From: Eledone cirrhosa
Lineage: Eukaryota
NCBI GenBank assembly: GCA_964016885.1
Contig: OZ024742.1
Span: 298,282,001 to 298,346,000, forward strand
Length of the DNA stretch: 64,000 nucleotides
Direction of reading: 5' to 3'
The first letter of the stretch is position 1, and every line of letters starts with the position of its first letter. Positions 39,260-51,161 of the stretch are shown piece after piece. A program made the translations under genes and the position numbers. Below the pieces are notes generated by a model. The model had not been told where the DNA came from. It saw nothing but the letters and a program-made list of their open reading frames with translations, and did no database searches.

Positions 39260-40134
39260 TTAACCCTTTAATTACCTAATGAGAGACACTGCCTACGGTT
39301 TTCAAATAATTTTGAAAATAACTAATTCATTATTGAGATAGCGTTTGGAGTATAACTTAAAGGTTCTTACACTAGATAAATATGATTTCTTATTTAAGCA
39401 CAAGGCCAACAATTTTGGGAGAGGGGAAAGTCGATTGTATCGACTCCAGTACGCTACCTGCGCTTTATTTTATCGACCCCATAAGGATGAAAGACAAAGT
39501 TAACATCGGCGGGATTTCAACTCAGAATGCAAAGGGACGTAACTATATAATGCAATGCACGTTGTCCGATGCTCTACCGATACTGCTAATCTATCACCCT
39601 TACACTAGTTAAATATAATGGTTTCTGATTTTAGGCTCAAGGCCAACAATTTGAGGGGAAGAGGAAAGTCGATTAAATCAACCACAGTACATTACTGGTA
39701 CTTTATTTTATCGACCCCGTAAGGATGAAAAGCAAAGCTAACCTCGGCGAGATTGGAACTCAGAATGTAAAAGGATATAACTCTGCTGCTTCAAAATATG
39801 TTCTCCGATGCTCTACCGATACTGCCCTTACACTAGATAAATATAACGATTTCTAGTATAGGCACAAGGCCAGTAATTCGGGGAGAGGGGGAAAGTCGAT
39901 TAAATCGAACATAGTACATTACTGGTGCTTTATTTTATCGACCCCGTAAGGATGAAAGGCAAAGTTAATCTCGGCGGGATTTGAACCCAGACCGTAAAGG
40001 GCCGTAACTCTATTCTGCAAAGCATGGCGTCCGACTCCCTACCGATACTGCCAATCCACCGCCATACTAGATAAATATAATACATATCATGGATCTAGGG
40101 GCGGTTTCAGGTGGTTTGGTATCAAAAGGATTCA
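39260..40134. mobile_element. piggyBac-type MITE containing three tandem minus-strand family A SINEs
   Basis: TTAACCCTTT left end, ATCAAAAGGATTCA right end; SINEs at ~39384-39600, 39617-39829 and 39845-40063. Confidence 0.75.
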
Positions 40135-40361
40135 CGCTTAAGTTGATCAGTATTCCATTACGCATGTATACGCTGGCTATAGTTCTCAGGCAGCAACAAT
40201 GTAACAAAGCTGGGCGGTTAAATTACAAATACAATTGCTCCAAGGGGTTTCCATACAGTCGATCCGAAGCTATGGAAATTACTCCTGCTTAAGATTCTAC
40301 TAGCTTTTGTGTATAGATATAGTGCATAGCTTCTGTTCATTCAGATATGGCTGGTTTCCAT

Positions 40362-40421
<60 letters not shown>

Positions 40422-40455
40422 TAATAAATGGAAACTATATTTATAAAACCATATT

Positions 40456-40521
40456 TATTTTATTATACATATTTCAAGGGCAACCAAGGGAAATGATGGT
40501 GCGTTTTCATCAGATAAAATA
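40456..40521 (-). ncRNA. Minimal type I hammerhead ribozyme motif (paralog of 21886-21945)
   Basis: TATTTTAT-CTGATGA-[..GCACCA..TGGTTGC..]-GAAA-TATGTATA-ATAAAATA; self-complementary stem III. Confidence 0.6.
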
Positions 40522-40541
40522 CAGATTTGTTTTATAAATAA

Positions 40542-40575
<34 letters not shown>

Positions 40576-40675
40576 TCAAAAGTGGAAGTATACAATCAAA
40601 TCTCATTTCTTCAAATACTTTTGACTATATATATATTATATTTTTATATTTTACATATAAATATATTTACAATAG

Positions 40676-40747
40676 CACTGAGGGGTAGATTACTGGAGAA
40701 GCATCTTTCCTTGGAAAGAAGCTTCTACAGTAATCTACCCTTCAGTG
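40676..40747. other. 72-nt hairpin (35-bp arms, 3 differences)
   Basis: CACTGAGGGGTAGATTACTGGAGAAGCATCTTTCC-TT-GGAAAGAAGCTTCTACAGTAATCTACCCTTCAGTG. Confidence 0.85.
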
Positions 40748-40825
40748 ATTTTGTATAAGATGTTATATAAGCATTTTAGCGATCTCTTTTCATTGAAAAT
40801 TTATGTATATTCTGATAAATATACT

Positions 40826-40885
<60 letters not shown>

Positions 40886-40933
40886 CATATATACTCTCAG
40901 CGCTTCAAAAGCCGAAAATTCGGCTTCGTATAT

Positions 40934-41025
<92 letters not shown>

Positions 41026-41327
41026 TATATATATTGTATGTAACGTAATACAAACATTACATTTAATATAGAATAGTTTACTGGTTTCAAGTTTACTCAG
41101 AGTGCGGCTTTGCTGGGGCACCCCCTTATTTAGTCATTCATACTAAACCCCGTTTCCTATTTTTCAAACCTAATATTTATTTTATAAATCCGTATTGTCG
41201 GGAAACAGTTACAAATGTAAACATTTGCAAGAGATGTCAACATGAATGGACCTGTTATTTTTATCTAAAGACATTTTTTCCAATTCCAACCTGGCCGTCC
41301 CCTCAATCTATCTTATTTCTCATTCTT

Positions 41328-41363
41328 TCTTCTGATCAAGGACTAGCGTCCGAAACGTTAAGA
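41328..41363 (+). ncRNA. Degenerate minimal hammerhead motif (Penelope-like terminus)
   Basis: TCTT-CTGATCA-A-GGAC tagc GTCC-GAAA-CGTT-AAGA; core G8 is replaced by C. Confidence 0.4.
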
Positions 41364-41435
41364 CCCTCTTCCTGCTATATCAAGCATTAACCTAATATAC
41401 TGTACCGATTGTGTTAATATTTCTGTTTACCTTTT

Positions 41436-41498
<63 letters not shown>

Positions 41499-42353
41499 GA
41501 TTTATAAATGGAAATATCCACTTAGTTTTGACTTAACAAGATATGTTATTTTAACAGACACACACACACGACAGACTTGTGCAAGTTCTAGTTGCAAGGC
41601 AGTACACAACCCGAGCATGTGCTAGAATATTCTAGCCCATTATTCCATAGTATAACAGAATCCGTAACTACGTGGTTTAGAAACGAACTCCAAAAAATAC
41701 ACCCATGCCTGCACTTATTCTTTCTCTCTCTCTCACACACACACAAACACTATGTACATTTGTTTTCATTTTGGATTTTCATTTCCAGCCTTCCATTCTT
41801 ATATTCGATTTAATGTCACCTTTTAATAGGATTTTACCGTTATTTAATACATTAGTAAAGCATATCAGACTAGTGGGTTTTTTTTTTTTTTACTTTTGAC
41901 ATAATTATTAATATCAATATGACCGAAATAGTAGCTTTATCCGTTTATCTAGGCTGAAGCGTAAGTGGCGTGTTATGGATTATCTCCCTTGGACCACGGT
42001 AAATTGTACAGCTAATACTATAAGGATATGTGGGTGAAATATTTAACATCAAAGAAACTAGTAATGACGGTTTGAGATGGTTAAGTGCATACAAACAGTT
42101 TAAAAAGTAAAATATATTCCGACAATGTGTGGAAGAGGAGAACCTTAATGTTTTGAACAAGAATTATCGTCTGAGAAAGACAAAATATTAACTAATAAAG
42201 CTGAATAGTTAGCAAGTAAGGAGAGTAAGAAAAAGCAATATGTTATATTATCTATTATTAAAGAGCTAGTAATAGATTACGTGCAAAAAGACGGTCAATT
42301 TCTGGGAAAGCGTTGGTAAAAGTTTGTGTTTGATAGAGAAAGAGAGGGGCAGC

Positions 42354-45300
42354 AGTAGATATATTGTTGGTGGTAGATGTGTTTTGGTGGAGGCGGTGGT
42401 AGATATGGTATTGGTGGTAGCGATGGTAGATATGGTGTTGGTGGTGACTGTGGTAGATATGGTGTTGGTAGTGGCGGTGGTAGATGTGTTTTGGTGGTGG
42501 CGGTCGTAGATATGGTGTTGGTGTTGGTGGTGGTAGATGTGTTTTGGTGGTGGCGGTCGTAGATATGGTGTTGGTGGTGGCGGTGGTAGATATGGGGTTG
42601 GTGTTGACGGTGGTAGATATGGTGTTGGTGTTGACGGTGGTAGATATGGTGTTGGTGGTGGTGGTGGTAGATATGGTGTTGGTGTTGGCGGTGGTAGATA
42701 TGGTGTTGGTGGTGGCGGTGGTAGATATGGTGTTGGTGTTGACGGTGGTAAATATGGTGTTGGTGTTGGCGGTGGTAGATATGGTGTTGGTGGTGGTAGA
42801 TATAGTGTTGGTGGTGGCGGTGGTAGATATGGTGTTGGTGTTGGTGGTGGTAGATATGGTGTTGGTGGTGGTGGTGGTAGATGTGTTTTAGTGGTGGCGG
42901 TGGTAGATATTGTGTTGGTGGTGGCGGTGGTAGATATGGTGTTGATGTTGGTGGTGGTAGATGTGGTGTTGGTGGTGGCGGTGGTAGATATGGTGTTGGT
43001 GTTGGTGGTGGCGGTGGTAGATATGGTGTTGGTGTTGGTGGTGGTAGATATGGTGTTGGTGGTAGCGGTGGTAGATATGGTGTTGGTGTTGACAGTGGTA
43101 GATATGGTGTTGGTGGTGGCGGTGGTAGATATGGTGTTGGTGGTGGCGGTGGTAGATATGGTGTTGGTGGTGGCGGTGCTAGATAAGGTGTTGGTGGTGG
43201 CAGTGGTAGATATGGTGTTGGTGGTGACGGTGGTAGATATGGTGTTGACGGTGGTAGATATGGTGTTGTTGGTGGTGGTGGTAGATATGGTGTTGGTTTT
43301 GGCTGTGGTAGATATGGTGTTGGTTTTGGCTGTGATAGATATGGTGTTGGTGTTGGCGGTGGTAGATATGGTGTTGGTGGTGGCTGTGGTAGATATGGTG
43401 TTGGTGGTGGCGGTGGTAGATATGGTGTTGGTGGTGGCGGTGGTAGATATGGTGTTGGTGGTGGCGGTGGTAGATATGGTGTTGGTGGTGGTGGTGGTAG
43501 TTATGGTGTTGGTGGTGGCTGTGGTAGATATGGTGTTGGTGGTGACAGTGGTAGATACGGTGTTGGTGTTGGCTGTGGTAGATATGGTGTTGGTGGTGGC
43601 GGTGGTAGATATGGTGTTGGTGGTGGCGGTGGTAGATATGTTGTTGGTGGTGGCTGTGGTAGATATGGTGTTGGTGGTGACGGTGGTAGATATGGTGTTG
43701 TTGGTGGCGGTGGTAGATATGGTGTTGGTGGTGGCGGTGGTAGATATGGTGTTGGTGGTGGCGGTGGTAGATATGTTGTTGGTGGTGGCTGTGGTAGATA
43801 TGGTGTTGGTGGTGGCGGTGGTAGATATGGTGTTGGTAGTGGCGGTGGTAGATATGGTGTTGGTGGTGGCGGTGGTAGATATGGTGTTGGTGGTGGCGGT
43901 GGTAGATATGGTGTTGGTGGTGGCGTCGGTAGATATGGAGTTGGTGTTGGCGGTGGTAGATATGGTGTTGGTGGTGACGGTGGTAGATATGATGTTGGTG
44001 GTGGCGGTGGTAGATATGATGTTGGTGTTGGCGGTGGTAGATATGGTGTTGGTGGTGGCGGTGGTAGATATGATGTTGGTGGTGACGGTGGTATATATGA
44101 TGTTGGTGGTGGCGGTGGTAGATATGGAGTTGGTGTTGGCGGTGGTAGATATGGTGTTGGTGGTGACGGTGGTAGATATGATGTTGGTGGTGACGGTGGT
44201 AGATATGATGTTGGTGGTGGCGGTGGTAGATATGGTGTTGGTGTTGACGGTGGTAAATACGGTGTTGGTGTTGGCGGTGGTAGATATGGTGTTGGTGGTG
44301 GTAGATATAGTGTTGGTGGTGGCGGTGGTAGATATGGTGTTGGTGTTGGTGGTGGTAGATATGGTGTTGGTGGTGGTGGTGGTAGATGTGTTTTAGTGGT
44401 GGCGGTGGTAGATATTGTGTTGGTGGTGGCGGTGGTAGATATGGTGTTGATGTTAGTGGTGGTAGATGTGGTGTTGGTGGTGGCGGTGGTAGATATGGTG
44501 TTGGTGTTGGTGGTGGTAGATATGGTGTTGGTGGTAGCGGTGGTAGATATGGTGTTGGTGTTGACAGTGGTAGATATGGTGTTGGTGTTGGCGGTGGTAG
44601 ATATGGTGTTGGTGGTGGCGGTGGTAGATATGGTGTTGGTGGTGGCGGTGCTAGATAAGGTGTTGGTGGTGGCAGTGGTAGATATGGTGTTGGTGGTGAC
44701 GGTGGTAGATATGGTGTTGACGGTGGTAGATATGGTGTTGTTGGTGGTGGTGGTAGATATGGTGTTGGTTTTGGCTGTGGTAGATATGGTGTTGGTTTTG
44801 GCTGTGATAGATATGGTGTTGGTGTTGGCGGTGGTAGTTATGGTGTTGGTGGTGGCTGTGGTAGATATGGTGTTGGTGGTGGCAGTGGTAGATAAGGTGT
44901 TGGTGGTGGCGGTGGTAGATATGGTGTTGGTGTTGGCTGTGGTAGATATGGTGTTGGTGGTGACGGTGGTAGATATGATGTTGGTGTTGGCTGTGGTAGA
45001 TATGATGTTGGTGTTGGCTGTGGTAGATATGGTGTTGGTGTTGGTGGTGGTAGATACGGTGTTGGTGGTGGCGGTGGTAGATATGCTGTTGGTGGTGACG
45101 GTGGTAGATATGGTGTTGGTGGTGGCGGTGGTAGATATGGTGTTGGTGGTGGCGGTGGTAGATATGGTGTTGGTGGTGTTGGTGATAGATATGGTGTTGG
45201 TGGTGGCGGTGGTAGATATGGTGTTGGTGGTGGCGGTGGTAGATATGGTGTTGGTGTTGGCGGTGGTAGATATGGTGTTGGTGGTGGCGGTGGTAGATAT

Positions 45301-48300
45301 GGTGTTGGTGGTGACGGTGGTAGATATGGTGTTCGTGTTGGCGGTGGTAGATATGGTGTTGGTGTTGGCGGTGGTAGATATGGTGTTGGTGGTGGCGGTG
45401 TTAGATATGGTGTTGGTGGTGACGGTGGTAGATATGGTGTTGGTGGTGGCGGTGGTAGATATGGTGTTGGTTGTGGCGGTGGTAGATATGGTGTTGGTGG
45501 TGTTGGTGGTAGATATGGTGTTGGTGGTGGCGGTGGTAGATATGGTGTTGGTGGTGGCGGTGGTAGATAAGGTGTTGACGGTGGTAGATATGGTGTTGGT
45601 GGTGTTGGTGGTAGATATGGTGTTGGTGGTGGCGGTGGTAGATATGGTGTTGGTGGTGGCGGTGATAGATATGGTGTTGGTGGTGGCGGTGGTAGATATG
45701 GTGTTGGTGGTGGTGGTGGTAGTTATGGTGTTGGTGGTGGCTGTGGTAGATATGGTGTTGGTGGTGACAGTGGTAGATACGGTGTTGGTGTTGGCTGTGG
45801 TAGATATGGTGTTGGTGGTGGCGGTGGTAGATATGGTGTTGGTGGTGGCGGTGGTAGATATGGTGTGGGTGGTGGCGGTGGTAGATATGTTGTTGGTGGT
45901 GGCTGTGGTAGATATGGTGTTGGTGGTGACGGTGGTAGATATGGTGTTGGTGGTGGCGGTGGTAGATATGGTGTTGGTGGTGGCGGTGGTAGATATGGTG
46001 TTGGTGGTGGCGTCGGTAGATATGGTGTTGGTGGTGGCGGTGGTAGATATGGTGTTGGTGGTGGCGGTGGTAGATATGGTGTTGGTGGTGGCGGTGGTAG
46101 ATATGGTGTTGGTGGTGGCGTCGGTAGATATGGTGTTGTTGGTGGCGGTGGTAGATATGGTGTTGGTGGTGGCGGTGGTAGATATGGTGTTGGTGGTGGC
46201 GTCGGTAGATATGGTGTTGGTGGTGGCGGTGGTAGATATGGTGTTGATAGTGGCGGTGGTAGATATGGTGTTGGTGGTGGCGGTGGTAGATATGGTGTTG
46301 GTGGTGGCGGTGGTAGATATGGTGTTGGTGGTGGCGTCGGTAGATATGGAGTTGGTGGTGGCGGGGGTAGATATGGTGTTGGTGGTGACGGTGGTAGATA
46401 TGATGTTGGTGTTGGCTGTGGTAGATATGGTGTTGGTGTTGGCTGTGGTAGATATGGTGTTGGTGGTGGCGGTGGTAGATATGGTGTTGGTGGTGGCGGT
46501 GGTAGATATGGTGTTGGTGGTGACGGTGGTAGATATGATGTTGGTTTTGGCTGTGGTAGATATGGTGTTGGTGTTGGCTGTGGTAGATATGGTGTTGGTG
46601 GTGGCGGTGGTAGATATGGTGTTGGTGGTAGCGGTGGTAGATATGGTGTTGGTGGTGGCGGTGGTAGATATGGTGTTGGTGTTGGCTGTGGTAGATATGA
46701 TGTTGGTGTTGGCTGTGGTAGATATGGTGTTGGTGTTGGCGGTGGTAGATATGGTGTTGGTGGTGGCGGTGGTAGATATGGTGTTGGTGGTAGCGGTGGT
46801 AGATATGGTGTTGGTGTTGACAGTGGTAGATATGGTGTTGGTGTTGGCGGTGGTAGATATGGTGTTGGTGGTGGCGGTGGTAGATATGGTGTTGGTGGTG
46901 GCGGTGGTAGATATGGTGTTGGTGGTGGCGGTGGTAGATATGGTGTTGGTGGTGGCGGTGGTAGATATGGTGTTGGTGTTGGCGGTGGTAGTTATGGTGT
47001 TGGTGGTGGCTGTGGTAGATATGGTGTTGGTGGTGGCGGTGGTAGATAAGGTGTTGGTGGTGGCAGTGGTAGATATGGTGTTGGTGGTGACGGTGGTAGA
47101 TATGGTGTTGACGGTGGTAGATATGGTGTTGTTGGTGGTGGTGGTAGATATGGTGTTGGTTTTGGCTGTGGTAGATATGGTGTTGGTTTTGGCTGTGATA
47201 GATATGGTGTTGGTGTTGGCGGTGGTAGTTATGGTGTTGGTGGTGGCTGTGGTAGATATGGTGTTGGTGGTGGCGGTGGTAGATAAGGTGTTGGTGGTGG
47301 CGGTGGTAGATATGGTGTTGGTGTTGGCTGTGGTAGATATGGTGTTGGTGGTGACGGTGGTAGATATGATGTTGGTGTTGGCTGTGGTAGATATGATGTT
47401 GGTGTTGGCTGTGGTAGATATGGTGTTGGTGTTGGTGGTGGTAGATACGGTGTTGGTGGTGGCGGTGGTAGATATGCTGTTGGTGGTGACGGTGGTAAAT
47501 ATGGTGTTGGTGGTGGCGGTGGTAGATATGGTGTTGGTGGTGGCGGTGGTAGATATGGTGTTGGTGTTGGCGGTGGTAGATATGGTGTTGGTGGTGGCGG
47601 TGGTAGATATGGTGTTGGTGGTGACGGTGGTAGATATGGTGTTCGTGTTGGCGGTGGTAGATATGGTGTTGGTGTTGGCGGTGGTAGATATGGTGTTGGT
47701 GGTGGCGGTGTTAGATATGGTGTTGGTGGTGACGGTGGTAGATATGGTGTTGGTGGTGGCGGTGGTAGATATGGTGTTGGTTGTGGCGGTGGTAGATATG
47801 GTGTTGGTGGTGTTGGTGGTAGATATGGTGTTGGTGGTGGCGGTGGTAGATATGGTGTTGGTGGTGGCGGTGGTAGATAAGGTGTTGACGGTGGTAGATA
47901 TGGTGTTGGTGGTGTTGGTGGTAGATATGGTGTTGGTGGTGGCGGTGGTAGATATGGTGTTGGTGGTGGCGGTGATAGATATGGTGTTGGTGGTGGCGGT
48001 GGTAGATATGGTGTTGGTGGTGGTGGTGGTAGTTATGGTGTTGGTGGTGGCTGTGGTAGATATGGTGTTGGTGGTGACAGTGGTAGATACGGTGTTGGTG
48101 TTGGCTGTGGTAGATATGGTGTTGGTGGTGGCGGTGGTAGATATGGTGTTGGTGGTGGCGGTGGTAGATATGGTGTTGGTGGTGGCGGTGGTAGATATGT
48201 TGTTGGTGGTGGCTGTGGTAGATATGGTGTTGGTGGTGACGGTGGTAGATATGGTGTTGGTGGTGGCGGTGGTAGATATGGTGTTGGTGGTGGCGGTGGT

Positions 48301-50664
48301 AGATATGGTGTTGGTGGTGGCGTCGGTAGATATGGTGTTGTAGGTGGCGGTGGTAGATATGGTGTTGGTGGTGGCGGTGGTAGATATGGTGTTGGTGGTG
48401 GCGGTGGTAGATATGGTGTTGGTGGTGGCGTCGGTAGATATGGTGTTGTTGGTGGCGGTGGTAGATATGGTGTTGGTGGTGGCGGTGGTAGATATGGTGT
48501 TGGTGGTGGCGTCGGTAGATATGGTGTTGGTGGTGGCGGTGGTAGATATGGTGTTGGTGGTGGCGGTGGTAGATATGGTGTTGGTGGTGGCGTCGGTAGA
48601 TATGGAGTTGGTGGTGGCGGGGGTAGATATGGTGTTGGTGGTGACGGTGGTAGATATGATGTTGGTGTTGGCTGTGGTAGATATGGTGTTGGTGTTGGCT
48701 GTGGTAGATATGGTGTTGGTGGTGGCGGTGGTAGATATGGTGTTGGTGGTGGCGGTGGTAGATATGGTGTTGGTGGTGACGGTGGTAGATATGATGTTGG
48801 TTTTGGCTGTGGTAGATATGGTGTTGGTGTTGGCTGTGGTAGATATGGTGTTGGTGGTGGCGGTGGTAGATATTGTGTTGGTGGTGGCGGTGGTAGATAT
48901 GGTGTTGGTGGTGACGGTGGTAGATATGATGTTGGTGTTGGCTGTGGTAGATATGATGTTGGTGTTGGCTGTGGTAGATATGGTGTTGGTGTTGGCGGTG
49001 GTAGATATGGTGTTGGTGGTGGCGGTGGTAGATATGGTGTTGGTGGTGGCGGTGGTAGATATGGTGTTGGTGGTGGCGGTGGTAGATATGGTGTTGGTGG
49101 TGATGGTGGTAGATATGGTGTTGGTGGTGACGGTGGTAGATATGGTGTTGGTGTTGGCGGTGGTAGATATGGTGTTGGTGGTGACGGTGGTAGATATGGT
49201 GTTGGTGTTGGCTGTGGTAGATATGATGTTGGTGTTGGCGGTGGTAGATATGTTGTTGGTGGTGGCGGTGGTAGATATGGTGTTGGTGGTGGCGGTGGTA
49301 GATATGGTGGTGGTGTTGGCTGTGGTAGATATGGTGTTGGTGGTGGCGGTGGTAGATATGGTGTTGGTGGTGGCGGTGGTAGATATGGTGTTGGTGGTGA
49401 CGGTGGTAGATGTGATGTTGGTGTTGGCTGTGGTAGATATGGTGTTGGTGTTGGCTGTGGTAGATATGGTGTTGGTGTTGGTTGTTGTAGATATGGTGTT
49501 GGTGTTGGCTGTGGTAGATATGGTGGTGGTGTTGGCTGTGGTAGATATGGTGTTGGTGTTGGCTGTGGTAGATATGGGGTTGGTGTTGGCTGTGGTAGAT
49601 ATGGTGTTGGTGGTGGCGGTGGTAGATATGGTGTTGGTGTTGGCGGTGGTAGATATGGTGTTGGTGTTGGCTGTGGTAGATATGGTGTTGGTGTTGGCTG
49701 TGGTAGATATGGTGGTGGTGTTGGCTGTGGTAGATATGGTGTTGGTGTTGGCTGTGGTAGATATGGTGTTGGTGTTGGTTGTTGTAGATATGATGTTGGT
49801 GTTGGCTGTGGTAGATATGGTGTTGGTGGTGGCGGTGGTAGATATGGTGTTGGTGTTGGCGGTGGTAGATATGGTGTTGGTGTTGGCTGTGGTAGATATG
49901 GTGTTGGTCTTGGCTGTGGTAGATATGGTGGTGGTGTTGGCTGTGGTAGATATGGTGTTGGTGTTGGCTGTGGTAGATATGGTGTTGGTGTTGGCTGTGG
50001 TAGATATGGTGGTGGTGTTGGCTGTGGTAGATATGGTGTTGGTGTTGGCTGTGGTAGATATGGTGTTGGTGTTGGCGGTGGTAGATATGGTGTTGGTGTT
50101 GGCTGTGGTAGATATGGGGTTGGTGTTGGCTGTGGTAGATATGGTGTTGGTGTTGGCTGTGGTAGATATGGTGTTGGTGTTGGCTGTGGTAGATATGGTG
50201 TTGGTGTTGGCTGTGGTAGATATGGTGTTGGTGTTGGCGGTGGTAGATATGGTGTTGGTGTTGGCGGTGGTAGATATGGTGTTGGTGTTGGCTGTGGTAG
50301 ATATGGTGTTGGTGGTGGCGGTGGTAGATATGGTGGTGGCGGTGGTAGATATGGTGTTGGTGGTGGTAGATATGGTGTTGGTGGTGGCGGTGGTAGATAT
50401 GGTGGTGGCGGTGGTAGATATGGTGTTGGTGGTGGCGGTGGTAGATATGGTGGTGGCGGTGGTAGATATGGTGGTGGCGGTGGTAGATATGGTGTTGGTG
50501 GTGGTAGATATGGTGTTGGTGGTGGCGGTGGTAGATATGGTGGTGGCGGTGGTATATATGGTGTTGGCTGTGGTAGATATGGTGTTGGTGGTGGCGGTGG
50601 TAGATATGGTGGTGGCGGTGGTAGATATGGTGTTGGTGGTGGTAGATATGGTGTTGGTGTTGGC
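42354..50664. repeat. 8.3-kb minisatellite, 27-bp unit GGTAGATATGGTGTTGGTGGTGGCGGT (~300 units)
   Basis: Directly visible; 18/21/33-bp variants, 26-bp variants only in the left part, kb-scale higher-order duplications. Confidence 0.98.
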
Positions 50665-50702
50665 CGTAGCAAACTTCCATCAAGTCTCGAATAATCGTCC
50701 AT
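48033..50702 (-). CDS. Possible extensin-like Pro-rich repeat protein (PYLPPPPPT)n, 889 aa
   Basis: ATG in good context (GGGATGG) just upstream of the array. Against it: no signal peptide, the stop is a recurrent repeat variant, and the upstream DNA resembles transposon ends. Confidence 0.3.
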   Translation of the reverse strand: MDDYSRLDGSLLRPTPTPYLPPPTPYLPPPPPYLPPPPPTPYLPQPTPYIPPPPPYLPPPPPTPYLPPPTPYLPPPPPYLPPPPPYLPPPPPTPYLPPPPPYLPPPPPTPYLPPPTPYLPPPPPYLPPPPPTPYLPQPTPTPYLPPPTPTPYLPPPTPTPYLPQPTPTPYLPQPTPTPYLPQPTPTPYLPQPTPTPYLPQPTPTPYLPPPTPTPYLPQPTPTPYLPQPTPPPYLPQPTPTPYLPQPTPTPYLPQPTPPPYLPQPRPTPYLPQPTPTPYLPPPTPTPYLPPPPPTPYLPQPTPTSYLQQPTPTPYLPQPTPTPYLPQPTPPPYLPQPTPTPYLPQPTPTPYLPPPTPTPYLPPPPPTPYLPQPTPTPYLPQPTPTPYLPQPTPPPYLPQPTPTPYLQQPTPTPYLPQPTPTPYLPQPTPTSHLPPSPPTPYLPPPPPTPYLPPPPPTPYLPQPTPPPYLPPPPPTPYLPPPPPTTYLPPPTPTSYLPQPTPTPYLPPSPPTPYLPPPTPTPYLPPSPPTPYLPPSPPTPYLPPPPPTPYLPPPPPTPYLPPPPPTPYLPPPTPTPYLPQPTPTSYLPQPTPTSYLPPSPPTPYLPPPPPTQYLPPPPPTPYLPQPTPTPYLPQPKPTSYLPPSPPTPYLPPPPPTPYLPPPPPTPYLPQPTPTPYLPQPTPTSYLPPSPPTPYLPPPPPTPYLPTPPPTPYLPPPPPTPYLPPPPPTPYLPTPPPTPYLPPPPPTPYLPPPPTTPYLPTPPPTPYLPPPPPTPYLPPPPPTPYLPPPPTTPYLPTPPPTPYLPPPPPTPYLPPPPPTPYLPPSPPTPYLPQPPPTTYLPPPPPTPYLPPPPPTPYLPPPPPTPYLPQPTPTPYLPLSPPTPYLPQPPPTP

Positions 50703-51118
50703 CCCAACCCCAACTTAATAATTTTTCAAATTTTTTTCACCCACCCCGCCTCCGCTTATTAAAATAATGAATGAATGACTATTACAGGGATGACTGAGGC
50801 AGTGGTTACATCTGACCCTAAAATAAAGAAAAATATTCATTTGCAACCTCACTGAATGTTTTCATAACCCCACTTTGGGAAGACCTGGTTATAACTACTC
50901 TCAATCATCTTCTTTTGTACGACAGTTATTTTTTCTCTTTTTAAGTTCTACACATATTCTACACAAATTCTTAACAGACTAGTGTTTCACTCACTCAAGT
51001 TTAATTTTATACTCATTCATTCTTTTAGCCAGCCTCCTAGCTTGTGTTAGACTTCTGCTTTCACTCCTATCACAGATTGCAATTTTCTCTCTCTCTCTTT
51101 CTCTCCCTCTCTCTCTAT

Positions 51119-51158
<40 letters not shown>

Positions 51159-51161
<3 letters not shown>

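Noticed and set aside
39369-40078. CRISPR-like repeat/spacer appearance
   Set aside because: Eukaryotic DNA, the spacers are homologous SINEs, and there are no cas genes.
40909-40926. Small hairpin AAGCCGAA-AA-TTCGGCTT
   Set aside because: Too short to interpret; terminator logic does not apply to this eukaryotic context.
42537-50767. Long Val-rich plus-strand ORFs (619, 1315 and 807 aa)
   Set aside because: Nearly all-hydrophobic periodic translation of the minisatellite; no plausible protein or gene structure.
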